Source: Bacteroidota bacterium
GTDB lineage: Bacteria; Bacteroidota; Bacteroidia; Bacteroidales; VadinHA17
Reading direction: 5' to 3'
NCBI GenBank assembly: GCA_011050615.1
Contig: DRFJ01000052.1
Location: 11,573-75,572 of the forward strand
Length of the DNA stretch: 64,000 bases
The notes under the pieces are model-generated. The model was not told the DNA's origin. It made no database searches and was given only the letters and a program-made list of their open reading frames with translations. The translations under genes and the position numbers were made by a program. This document shows positions 28,771 to 38,152 of the stretch, one piece after another (position 1 is the stretch's first letter; each line of letters begins with the position of its first letter).

Positions 28771-29613
28771 TTATCTGTATTTGTTTTCAAATTCTGCCAT
28801 ATAATCATATATCATTTGCATATATCTGCCGGCCACAAGCTTCATGGTTTCATTTTTTACACTGAATTTATAACTGTCTATTTCACTGAAAGGCAAAACA
28901 TTGGGAGATGTACCGGTCATATATGCTGAATCCACGCTACCAAGCTCGTCAACAGGGAGACACCTGTACTCAATCTTAAGATCTTCATCCCTGCAAATCT
29001 TTAATAGTTTTTTTCTTGTTATCCCCCCCAGGACACACTCATCGGGTGCAGTAATAATCTTTCCTTCTTTTATAAAAAAAATATTTGACCTGCTTCCCTC
29101 GGTAATACATCCCGCACGGTTTACAAGGAGAGCTTCGTAAGCTTTTGTATGTATCAGCTCATAATAGATGGATGATCGCAGTTTATGATTAAAAATCTTG
29201 GCAACGGGCATACGTCTCTCAGCATAATAAAGAATTCCCCTGACCCCATTTTCGTACATCTCTGCATCCGGATACCGGGCATCAATATAATAAATGAGGT
29301 ATCCGGTATATGCTGGTGAATACTTCAGGCTCACTTTAATATTTCCCTCGGGGATACTGCTGAGACCAATCAATTTCAGAATCTGTTCCCTGAGCTGGTC
29401 ATATGACAGGAACAGTTCCCTGCCACTGTAGGAGGCACTTCTTTCAAGGCGTTCAAAATGATCAAACAGGAATAAGGGTATACCCTTTCTTATTCTTATT
29501 ACTTCGTAAATAACTTCATCTTCAAATACCTTACCAAGGTCAAACTCAAGTCTGTTACGGATAATTCCATTCTCAATAAATATCCTGCTGTAACACTCAC
29601 TCATAATCTTCAA
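28771..29613 (-). CDS. class IV aminotransferase family protein (BCAT / aminodeoxychorismate lyase-like)
   Basis: Length and motifs fit fold-type IV PLP enzymes ('EGSRSNIFFIKEGKIITAP', 'LGGITRKKLL'). Confidence 0.72.
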   Translation of the reverse strand: MKIMSECYSRIFIENGIIRNRLEFDLGKVFEDEVIYEVIRIRKGIPLFLFDHFERLERSASYSGRELFLSYDQLREQILKLIGLSSIPEGNIKVSLKYSPAYTGYLIYYIDARYPDAEMYENGVRGILYYAERRMPVAKIFNHKLRSSIYYELIHTKAYEALLVNRAGCITEGSRSNIFFIKEGKIITAPDECVLGGITRKKLLKICRDEDLKIEYRCLPVDELGSVDSAYMTGTSPNVLPFSEIDSYKFSVKNETMKLVAGRYMQMIYDYMAEFENKYR

Positions 29614-29689
29614 TATTGGAACATAAAAATAACAACTAATTTTCAGCAGGACTCAAAAACTGCATATATTAGCATTTATTTTTCAGGTA

Positions 29690-30653
29690 GTGTATGCTAC
29701 TGTTGACATGGAAACCACAGGAGGAAGTCCCAGGAATGAGAGGATAACAGAAATAGCCATATTTATTTTTGACGGTAAGAAAATAGTTGACAAATTCTGC
29801 AGCCTGGTCAACCCTGAAAGGGACATCCCGTATTTTATCACCAGCATTACCGGTATAAGTAATGAGATGGTTGAAGATGCTCCCAGGTTTTATGAAATAG
29901 CAAAAGATATTGTTGAGATCACTGAAGGAAAAAGCAAGAATATCCACCGGAGGGTCATGACCCATCTTTCAAATAACAGTTCAAAAAGGGCTATGCAAAT
30001 GCGTGACGAGATAGCGGATATTGACTATGAACTTACAGGCAATGAACTCATTGCCCTCTTAAAAGAATCAGAAGAAATTAAAAAAACCTCTATTTAACAG
30101 GGCACAGAGGAGGACAGGCTATAACTGGGGTATTGTAACAAAACGTGATGACAGGGCTTATATAAGATTTGAAATAATTAACATAAAGGATAATAATGTT
30201 CATCCTCTGTCTGTATTTACTTCAAGGGAAAGAGCCAGGTCGAAGATGAATGCGCTTGTTAACAAATATGAATTGTGCCAGCAGCTTTGCGGACTCTATA
30301 ATTCATCCAGGGGATGTTTTCACAGGCAGGTAGGAATATGCAGGGGTGCCTGTACCGGAGTCGAAAATGCTGCTTCATATAACCTGAGAGCACAAAAAGC
30401 CCTTGATGAATTTGTTTTCAGTCACGATAACTTTTTTATCATTGATAAAGGGCGGAGTGAAGAAGAAAAATCAGCGATAAAAATAATTAACGGGCAATAT
30501 GCCGGCTATGGTTTTTTTGATATCAATGAAATGGGATTTGGTCTCGGGGCCATTCACGAAAGCATAAAACCGGCTGTTGACAATAATGACATACAGGTAA
30601 TACTGAAAGTCTACCTGAAAAATAATAAGGAATACAGGATTATCAGGTTCTGA
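29690..30653 (+). pseudogene. decayed DnaQ-like exonuclease / GIY-YIG (Cho-like) nuclease gene
   Basis: Exo motif I 'VDMETTGG' up to 'IVEITEGK' runs directly into 'SKNIHRRVMTHL...ELTGNELIALLKESEEIKK', the end of a GIY-YIG domain. That implies roughly 190 aa are missing. The frame then breaks in an A7 run (30080-30086); in the other frame '..PLFNRAQRR..' continues into ORF 30246-30653. Confidence 0.7.
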
Positions 30654-30690
30654 TTTTTATTATATTAAAACAAATAAAAAAATAGCCCGT

Positions 30691-30978
30691 ATGGGAATAT
30701 TTACCAGGCATACAGGAAAAATAATCATAAAAATCGACGAATTTTTCGATAATATGGAGGATGGACTTCTAACCTTCAAGGGTGCCATAGGAAGCTATCT
30801 CAATAAGGATTCTGAGACCTTCAGAGATTATCTTAAGAGAATTGACAAGCTGGAACCGGGAGCAGACAGGAAGCAGAAGTCCATTGAGAATGATATGATC
30901 ATACACGGCATCCTGCCGCAGCACAGGAGTGAAGTGGCCGATCTGCTCTTAAGCCTGTCAATGAGGATAATAATGTAG
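30691..30978 (+). pseudogene. truncated DUF47 (PhoU-like, Pit accessory) gene
   Basis: Only about 95 codons remain ('...KLEPGADRKQKSIENDMI...HRSEVADLLLSL'); family members I recall are about 205-215 aa. It ends 2 nt before the PiT start. Confidence 0.5.
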
Positions 30979-30980
30979 AT

Positions 30981-31927
30981 ATGATATTCTTTTTTCTTAC
31001 AAGCGGCCTGTTCCTGGGATGGTCACTGGGAGCCAATGATGCGGCTAATATATTTGGTTCGGCGGTGGGTTCACGCATGATCTCATTTATAAAGGCTGCT
31101 ATCATAGCTTCGGTTTTCGTAATAATCGGGGCTATATTCCAGGGGGAAGGTGCTGCAGAAACACTTGGCAGGCTGGGTGCCGTCAATGCTCTCGGAGGAT
31201 CATTCACGGTTGCTCTTGCCGCAGCCCTGACAGTTTACTTTATGACCAGGCTGAGTATTCCTGTTTCAACCACACAGGCTATTGTGGGCGCAATAATAGG
31301 ATGGAACCTATTTACGGGGAGCAAATAATATCGCCAATGTAATGGGTGTATTTGTTCCGGCAGTAAACCCGGAAAGCGTAAACCTGGGATTCATGGTCCT
31401 TAAGGGTTCCCGGCAACTCTTCCTGCCGGGAGCCCTGGCAATAGCAGCCGGCATTTTCACTTATTCTGAAAGGGTGATGAAAACTGTTGGTGAAAATATA
31501 TTTGAACTCAGCTCCGATGCTGCACTTATTGTAGTACTGGCACATGCGCTCGTGCTTTTCATATTTTCATCTTCAAGCCTGTCAGAATTCATCTCAGGCC
31601 TTGGACTGCCTGCCACCCCTCTTGTGCCTGTTTCAAGTTCGCAGGTCCATAGTCGGGGCTATCCTGGGCATCGGAATACTCAAAGGGGCAAGAAACATAA
31701 ATATTAAAGTACTTGGCGGGATCGCAAGCGGATGGATTACCACACCACTTATAGCGGGCCTGATTTCCTTCATTTCATTATTCTTTGTTCAGAATGTTTT
31801 TGATATTACAGTCCGGGAAGCACAGAATGACTCCACCGGCCGGACGAAAGAAATACACCAGCAGGCAATTGATCCTGCGGCAGCTTATTATACACCCTCC
31901 TGTAAATTAGAGATTTTTACTTATTGA
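30981..31927 (+). pseudogene. disrupted PiT-family inorganic phosphate transporter
   Basis: Three frames are needed. The first half, 'GANDAANIFGSAVGS...PVSTTQAIVGAIIGWNLFTG', stops at 31328. The second-half motif 'GANNIANVMGVFV' follows immediately in frame +1, so the middle helices are missing. A further 1-nt shift near 31641-31650 separates 'VSSSQ' from 'IVGAILGIGILKG...SGWITTPLIAG'. Confidence 0.72.
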
Positions 31928-32126
31928 AAAAAGGAATTCTATCCCTCCACTATCTGTGTTCTTGGCTGAAATCCGGCCCTTATGGAATTGAACTGCATGC
32001 CTGACAATCGCCACCCCCATACCCTTCGAATCAAGTATCAACCTCATAAGCCTCTGATCTCAGGTTAAATTGCAGAAACTCCTGAACATCAATCTCATCA
32101 TCCACAACAAGTATTCTGTGAGCCAT
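31907..32126 (-). pseudogene. two-component system scar: response-regulator N-terminus abutting histidine-kinase C-terminus
   Basis: ATG at 32126 gives 'MAHRILVVDDEIDVQEFLQFNLRSEAYEVDT' followed by TGA (32031-32033). In another frame 'DSKGMGVAIVRHAVQFHKGRISAKNTDSGGIEFLFSI' (HATPase_c G2 box and tail) runs to the stop at 31907. Confidence 0.6.
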
Positions 32127-32284
32127 AGGACTTAAAACCTTATAAAACAACAACTTAATAAAGAATAACAGGAAACTGCACCTGTACCCGGACCAGAGAA
32201 CCAAGATAAATGAAAATATTGTTTAAACGAGTGCTGTATTCATAATGGATGCAGTTCAGGGTTTTCTGTTTAATACAATTGTCT

Positions 32285-32292
32285 TAATTTTG
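32285..32292 (+). promoter_or_regulatory. Bacteroidota -7 promoter element TAnnTTTG (TAATTTTG)
   Basis: Exact consensus match, 27 nt upstream of the ATG at 32319. Confidence 0.4.
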
Positions 32293-32318
32293 CCTTTATC
32301 ATCACAAAGCGGTAGCTC

Positions 32319-34007
32319 ATGAAAAAACACTTTATCATTTTAGCGACATTATTTTTTCCCGCATCGGTTTATTGTCAGGACAGAATCACAGGGCATGATT
32401 TTGCCACCCGGTCGGAAGTAATAGCAGTTAACGGCATGGCTTGTACCAGCCAGCCCCTTGCCACACAGACGGCCATTGACATACTTAGGAAAGGTGGTAA
32501 TGCTATTGATGCGGCAATTGCCGCCAATGCTGTTTTAGGACTGGTTGAACCCACAGGATCGGGAATTGGAGGCGACCTTTTTGCAATCATATGGAGTGAG
32601 CAAAAACAGAAACTGTATGGATTGAATGCAAGCGGAAGGTCACCACGCTCCCTGAAACTTGATTACTTTAAAGCTAATGGTTATGAATCTATTCCTGCTA
32701 CAGGGCCACTGCCTGTTTCTGTTCCGGGGTGTGTAGACGGCTGGTTTGAAATGCACGGGATGTTTGGCATATTGCCAATGGAGGATTTATTACAGCCGGC
32801 AATCAATTATGCACGTGAAGGTTTCCCTGTGACTGAACTTATAGCCTACTATATGGATAGCGGAACCCGGAGCCTGAAAAGATTCCCCAATGTAGCAGAT
32901 GTATATATGCCGGACGGACATGCCCCTCGCAAGGGTGAGATATTCAAGAACCCGGCACTGGCAAATACACTGGATCTTATTGCCAGGGGTGGAAGGGATG
33001 AATTTTACAAAGGTTCAATAGCAAGGATTATTTCTGATTTTATGCATGAACAGGGTGGTTTTCTGACTTATGAAGACATGGCAAGGCATCATTCAGAATG
33101 GGTTGAGCCAATCAGTACCGATTACAGGGGATATACCGTATGGGAATTACCTCCTAACGGTCAGGGAACGGCAGCATTACAGATGTTAAATATTCTTGAG
33201 GGATATAACATAAATGAAATGGGATTCGGTTCAGCTGAATATATCCATCATTTTGTTGAGGCTAAAAAACTGGCCTTTGAAGATCGTGCAAAATATTATT
33301 CCGACCCTGCTTTCAATGATATACCGGTGCAGGAACTGCTATCAAAAGAATACGCTGATGAAAGGCGTGAGTTAATAAATCCCGACCGAGCTGCGAGACG
33401 GGTCAGTGCAGGCAATCCTGAAAAAGGCAATACCATTTACCTCACCGTGGCCGATAAAGATGGCAATATGGTTTCTCTTATTCAGAGCAATTACCGTGGC
33501 ATGGGTTCTGGCATGTGCCCTCCCGGACTGGGTTTTATCCTGCAGGACAGGGGTGAATTATTCAGTCTTGAAGAAGGGCATTTCAATGTTTATGCACCGG
33601 GGAAGAGGCCGTTCCACACAATAATTCCTGCCTTTATCACTAAAGACGGCAAACCACTCATAAGTTTTGGTGTGATGGGAGGTGCAATGCAGCCCCAGGG
33701 GCATGTTCAGATAGTTGTAAATATTGTTGATTTTGGCATGAACCTCCAGGAAGCAGGTGATGCCCCCAGAATACGGCACGTAGGATCTTCGCAACCAACA
33801 GGAGGCCTGATGACCGACGGGGGCACCGTCAACCTTGAAGATGGATTCAGGTGGGAAGAAATACAAAAACTGTTGAGGAAAGGACACAGTGTACAATGGG
33901 ACCTCGGGGGTTACGGAGGCTACCAGGCAATAATGCGCCACCCCGTCACCGGCGTATATTACGGAGCTTCCGAATCCAGGAAAGACGGTCAGGCAGCAGG
34001 GTATTAG
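32319..34007 (+). CDS. ggt: gamma-glutamyltransferase
   Basis: Signal peptide. Autoprocessing/nucleophile region 'GNTIYLTVADKDGNMVSLIQSNY'. 'GGAMQPQGHVQ' and the C-terminal 'ESRKDGQAAGY' are typical of GGT. Confidence 0.9.
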   Translation: MKKHFIILATLFFPASVYCQDRITGHDFATRSEVIAVNGMACTSQPLATQTAIDILRKGGNAIDAAIAANAVLGLVEPTGSGIGGDLFAIIWSEQKQKLYGLNASGRSPRSLKLDYFKANGYESIPATGPLPVSVPGCVDGWFEMHGMFGILPMEDLLQPAINYAREGFPVTELIAYYMDSGTRSLKRFPNVADVYMPDGHAPRKGEIFKNPALANTLDLIARGGRDEFYKGSIARIISDFMHEQGGFLTYEDMARHHSEWVEPISTDYRGYTVWELPPNGQGTAALQMLNILEGYNINEMGFGSAEYIHHFVEAKKLAFEDRAKYYSDPAFNDIPVQELLSKEYADERRELINPDRAARRVSAGNPEKGNTIYLTVADKDGNMVSLIQSNYRGMGSGMCPPGLGFILQDRGELFSLEEGHFNVYAPGKRPFHTIIPAFITKDGKPLISFGVMGGAMQPQGHVQIVVNIVDFGMNLQEAGDAPRIRHVGSSQPTGGLMTDGGTVNLEDGFRWEEIQKLLRKGHSVQWDLGGYGGYQAIMRHPVTGVYYGASESRKDGQAAGY

Positions 34008-35498
34008 TTAAACGTTAAGCTGGAGGGAGGCATCTGCTTTTTCAAGCTTCCTTACTCCTGTTGTTCCTCCCTCTTCAAGATTGATATTGTGGGGTTTATT
34101 TATTTTCCATGAGCCACAGGTGAAGTCGGGAACATCAATTGAATCTGACCTGTTTGCCACTGACCATTCACTCAGTGGTGTGATGGCGCTCCAGAGGGCA
34201 GCATCATATACATCCTGATCCAGGGGCAAACCATTGCGCAAACAATCAATAAGCCTCCAGTCCATTATGAAATCCATGCCTCCGTGTCCGCCAACCTTCC
34301 GGGCCATATCACCTACCCTTCTTATTATTTCCGGTGTATATCTTTCCCGCAGTTCCCCAAACTCTTCCTCATTGAGCCAGCTGTGCCCGAGGGCTATCCT
34401 TGCCGGATCAGGCCACTTACGTGCGATACCCTTAGTGCCACTGATCAGGTGTATACGTGAATATGGTCTGGGCGTTGAGACATCATGCTGTATCATTATT
34501 GTGCGGCCTTTGTTGGTGCGGACAAGAGTAGTATTCATGTTGCCCCTGAACTTATCTTCTGTAAAAGAACTGAAGAAATCATCTTCTGCAGCAAGCTCGA
34601 GTGCCCTTCTGTGCATTGTAAAATCATTACTTGACATTGAGGTGAGATATTCCATCCTGTCGCCACGGTTTATATTCATTACCTGGCATACAGGGCCCAG
34701 TCCATGTGTGGGATAGAGGTTGCCGTTTCTTCCGTAGTTTTCTTTAAGCCTCCACATATCAATATAACCGCTGCCCAGTGGATCATTATTATCAAATTTA
34801 TCAAAATTAAGGTCTGTAAGTGTATGAATATAGGCTCCTTCGCCGTGCACTATATCTCCAAACATACCCTGACGCGCCATATTTAAAGTCAGGAGTTCAA
34901 AGAAATCGTAACAACAATTCTCCAGTTGCATGCAATGCTTTTTTGTGCGCTCAGATGTTTCAACCAGTTGCCAGGCTTCATCAAGGGTTCTTGCAATTGG
35001 CACTTCACAGGCTACATGTTTTCCGTTTTCCATGGCGTAGAGTGCCATGGGAGTATGCAAATTCCATGGTGTACAGATATAAACAAGGTCTATGTCATCC
35101 CTCTGGCACATTTCTTTCCAGATATTATCATCGCCACTATAAAGCTCAGGTTCAGTAAATCCATATTGAAGAACATTATCCCTTGAATTTTCTACAGCTG
35201 CAGGTCTTTTATCACACAGGGCTCTTACTTCCGTATTTTCGATATTCATCATCCTCAGAACGGCACCCGAGCCACGACTTCCCAGACCAATAAATCCCAC
35301 CCTCACATGATCAAGGGCCGGTGCTGAATAACCGCACATATTAAATTGCTGAATATGCTTACTGTCCACCATATCCTTGATATGGTGAAGTTCACTTTCT
35401 GTTGCGGGTCTCTTGCAGGAACTTATACTTCCTGCTGAAATAGCCCCTGCACCTGCAAAGGCTGCTGTCTTTAAAAAATCTCTCCTGTTGGTTTTCAT
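34008..35498 (-). CDS. TAT-exported Gfo/Idh/MocA oxidoreductase, GH109-like (alpha-N-acetylgalactosaminidase-like)
   Basis: Leader 'NRRDFLKTAAFAGAGA'. Rossmann motif 'VRVGFIGLGSRGSGAV'. Size and layout are as in GH109. Its stop codon directly abuts the ggt stop. Confidence 0.7.
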   Translation of the reverse strand: MKTNRRDFLKTAAFAGAGAISAGSISSCKRPATESELHHIKDMVDSKHIQQFNMCGYSAPALDHVRVGFIGLGSRGSGAVLRMMNIENTEVRALCDKRPAAVENSRDNVLQYGFTEPELYSGDDNIWKEMCQRDDIDLVYICTPWNLHTPMALYAMENGKHVACEVPIARTLDEAWQLVETSERTKKHCMQLENCCYDFFELLTLNMARQGMFGDIVHGEGAYIHTLTDLNFDKFDNNDPLGSGYIDMWRLKENYGRNGNLYPTHGLGPVCQVMNINRGDRMEYLTSMSSNDFTMHRRALELAAEDDFFSSFTEDKFRGNMNTTLVRTNKGRTIMIQHDVSTPRPYSRIHLISGTKGIARKWPDPARIALGHSWLNEEEFGELRERYTPEIIRRVGDMARKVGGHGGMDFIMDWRLIDCLRNGLPLDQDVYDAALWSAITPLSEWSVANRSDSIDVPDFTCGSWKINKPHNINLEEGGTTGVRKLEKADASLQLNV

Positions 35499-35579
35499 TA
35501 TTATCCCTGGGTTTTGTTTTTACATCTTTTTTACCATCGGCCAGTTGCAAAATACAAAATCTTAGGACAAAAATAAAAA

Positions 35580-35825
35580 TCATTGACCAGATGTTTTCTC
35601 TTTTCTCCTTTTAATAAAAAAACCGGTGATAAGACCGCCTGCAAGGTAACCAGGAATTAAGCCTTAGAGGGTACTGTAATACCATACCGGTTTAATCGGG
35701 CATGTCCCGGTGTTACACCCTATGAAACGCCAGTATAAAAATCCTCCGGCACCTCCGGCCAGAGTGAATAATGTTATATATGGTCTCCTTCCTTTCTTAA
35801 GGAAGTGAAAAAGGCCAGTTAACAT
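35580..35825 (-). pseudogene. small membrane protein (DUF6132-like) interrupted by an in-frame TAA
   Basis: 'MLTGLFHFLKKGRRPYITLFTLAGGAGGFLYWRFIGCNTGTCPIKPVWYYSTL' is followed by TAA (35664-35666). The same frame then continues 'GLIPGYLAGGLITGFFIKRRKEKTSGQ' to TGA at 35580. The CxxGxCP core matches my recollection of DUF6132. Confidence 0.45.
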
Positions 35826-36064
35826 GTTTCTTATTTTATTCAATTTAAAATTACTTCTGCTTTTTTAAGAAAAACAAATAATATCGGAAAAAGATCACTA
35901 CTGTATGTTCTTGTACTGGAAAAAGGTTAAGTTCCGGTGTGAAATTTTCAGTATTTTTGTGTATCATTGCATAAAAGGGTTTTTTGTTGTAACAACTTTA
36001 AATATAGCTATTTAAGTTATAAATAAAGAACAAAACCCCCTTTTTTATGAATAATTCAGGATAG

Positions 36065-36072
36065 TATATTTG
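36065..36072 (+). promoter_or_regulatory. Bacteroidota -7 promoter element TAnnTTTG (TATATTTG)
   Basis: Exact consensus match, 51 nt upstream of the ATG at 36123. Confidence 0.4.
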
Positions 36073-36122
36073 CCGGGCAGGCATGATAATTCTGAGATAA
36101 AATTGCTTAAAGCTTGAGCATT

Positions 36123-37055
36123 ATGGAATATATTGACGGTAAAGCCATACGAACAGCTGTTCCCTACACACGGTGGGTCGAGCTTATTGAAAAAGCCTTT
36201 CTCCTGGAAGCCGGCAAAGACTATATAATGCCTGAACGAACGCATGTGTACTTCGGTAAAAACACCCTCCTGCTGATGCCCTGTTTTACAGAAAATTATT
36301 TCTCAACCAAGATGGTTACACTTTACCCTGACAATTACATGGAAGGGAAAGCTCCCCTGCAAGGCCTGGTTATACTAAACAGGAAACTTGACGGAGTAGC
36401 TCTTGCAGTACTTGACGGACCCGCAATAACAGCGATGAGAACAGCTGCAGTCGGAAGCTTCGCTGTGAGGCACCTCTCCCCTCAAAGTACATCACGCCTT
36501 GGAATTATAGGACTCGGGACACAGGGAATCCACCAGGCTCTTTTTGCCTGTTCAGAACGGAAGATATCCGAGCTGACCATATTTGACAATAATAAAAAAT
36601 TATATCCACGGTTTATCAACTGGCTTAATTCCGAATACCCGGGTATTAAAACCAATATAGCAGCAAACAACAGGGAATTATGCGAGAAATCAGATATAAT
36701 CATCACTGCCACGAACTCTACCAAACCGGTATTGCCGGATGACGAGAAAATTTTATCTGACAAAACAATTATCGGGATAGGTTCATATAAGAAAGATATG
36801 AGAGAATTTCCCGACTCCCTTTATAAAGCTGCCGGAAGTATCTATATTGATACCTTCCATGCTCTTAAGGAAAGCGGTGATCTGATTTATCCTTTGAGCA
36901 AGGGTTTAATGAAAGAATCGGATTTTCATATTGCAGGAGATCTCATGAAGGGTAAAAAAGACCCGGGTGGGATAAGGGTGTTTAAATCGGTCGGAACAGC
37001 CCTTTTTGACCTGCTCGGCTCTGTTCTCGTTTACGAAACTTTAAATATGCATTAA
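36123..37055 (+). CDS. ornithine cyclodeaminase / mu-crystallin family protein
   Basis: ATG at 36123 is preferred over TTG at 36114. 'ITAMRTAAVGSFAVRHL' and the Rossmann motif 'LGIIGLGTQG' are typical of the OCD family. Confidence 0.78.
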   Translation: MEYIDGKAIRTAVPYTRWVELIEKAFLLEAGKDYIMPERTHVYFGKNTLLLMPCFTENYFSTKMVTLYPDNYMEGKAPLQGLVILNRKLDGVALAVLDGPAITAMRTAAVGSFAVRHLSPQSTSRLGIIGLGTQGIHQALFACSERKISELTIFDNNKKLYPRFINWLNSEYPGIKTNIAANNRELCEKSDIIITATNSTKPVLPDDEKILSDKTIIGIGSYKKDMREFPDSLYKAAGSIYIDTFHALKESGDLIYPLSKGLMKESDFHIAGDLMKGKKDPGGIRVFKSVGTALFDLLGSVLVYETLNMH

Positions 37056-37146
37056 AAATTACAATATTCGTAGTTTCTTATGGCAAAGCCTGATATTAAA
37101 CCAGGTATCTGTCTTAAAATTAACTTATAACTATCTGTCAGAACCT

Positions 37147-38133
37147 ATGAAGGTACTAGTAACCGGAGCGAATGGCCTGCTGGGCTCTAACATAATAAGG
37201 CAACTTGAGAGACGAGGCGTACAATCAAGGGCCCTGGTAAGGCCGGATGCACAGTTGCTGTCGCTGAAAGGTTGCAAACCTGAATATTTCTTCGGTAATA
37301 TCACTTCACATGAAGACATGGATAAGGCATGCCGGAACTGTGATTATATAATTCATACGGCTGCAATAACTGAACAGACACTGCCAAAACTCAAGGATTA
37401 TCTTAAGGTAAATGTTGAGGGAACACAGAATATCATAAATGCCGCTATTAAAAACAATGCCAGAAGGCTTATTTATGTGAGCAGCACTAATTCAATTGGT
37501 TACGGCGATAAAGAAAACCCGGGAACAGAAGAAATGCCTGCCATGAAGCCCTATACCGAGTCTTATTACGGAAGCAGTAAACACATGGCAGAAGAAGAGG
37601 TATTACGTGCGGTGAAGCAGAATGGACTAAATGCACTGATATTGAATCCATCCTTTATGATTGGTCCGTACGACTCCAAACCAAGCTCTGGCAGGTTATT
37701 ACTTATAGGATATCGTGACAAAATTGTCTTTCTCACCTCGGGAGGAAGGAATTTCGTCCCGGTCGAAGACGTCGCCATCGCAGCATGCAATGCACTGACC
37801 AGAGGGAGAAGAGGAGAGAAATATCTTCTTACGAATTCAAACCTGAGCTATAAAGAATTTTATGATCTAGTTGATGAAATAACAGGATTCAAGCGGGTAA
37901 AAATAATCCTGCCCTCCCATCTGGTTAAGGGAGTTGGGATTTTAGGTTCACTGGCAGCCCGTTCGGGCAGGCATGTATTGCTGAATTATAATAATGCAAA
38001 AATATTAACGGTAAGGAATTTTTACAGTGCCGATAAGGCAATAAAAGAACTCGACTTCCCTCAGTCTGATATCAGGATAGCAATAGGCAGGGCACTGCAA
38101 TGGTTCAGGGAATATAATTATATAAGAAAGTGA
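37147..38133 (+). CDS. NAD-dependent epimerase/dehydratase (extended SDR)
   Basis: 'MKVLVTGANGLLGSNIIRQL' glycine-rich NAD motif. Catalytic 'YGSSK' (YxxxK). Confidence 0.85.
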   Translation: MKVLVTGANGLLGSNIIRQLERRGVQSRALVRPDAQLLSLKGCKPEYFFGNITSHEDMDKACRNCDYIIHTAAITEQTLPKLKDYLKVNVEGTQNIINAAIKNNARRLIYVSSTNSIGYGDKENPGTEEMPAMKPYTESYYGSSKHMAEEEVLRAVKQNGLNALILNPSFMIGPYDSKPSSGRLLLIGYRDKIVFLTSGGRNFVPVEDVAIAACNALTRGRRGEKYLLTNSNLSYKEFYDLVDEITGFKRVKIILPSHLVKGVGILGSLAARSGRHVLLNYNNAKILTVRNFYSADKAIKELDFPQSDIRIAIGRALQWFREYNYIRK

Positions 38134-38152
38134 TCCCCATAAAACAAGCCCG

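Noticed and set aside
30080-30086. A7 run considered as a programmed ribosomal or transcriptional slippage site in the exonuclease gene.
   Set aside because: The same gene has also lost about 190 codons including essential exonuclease and GIY-YIG motifs, so a functional recoded product is implausible. Homopolymer error or decay is more likely.
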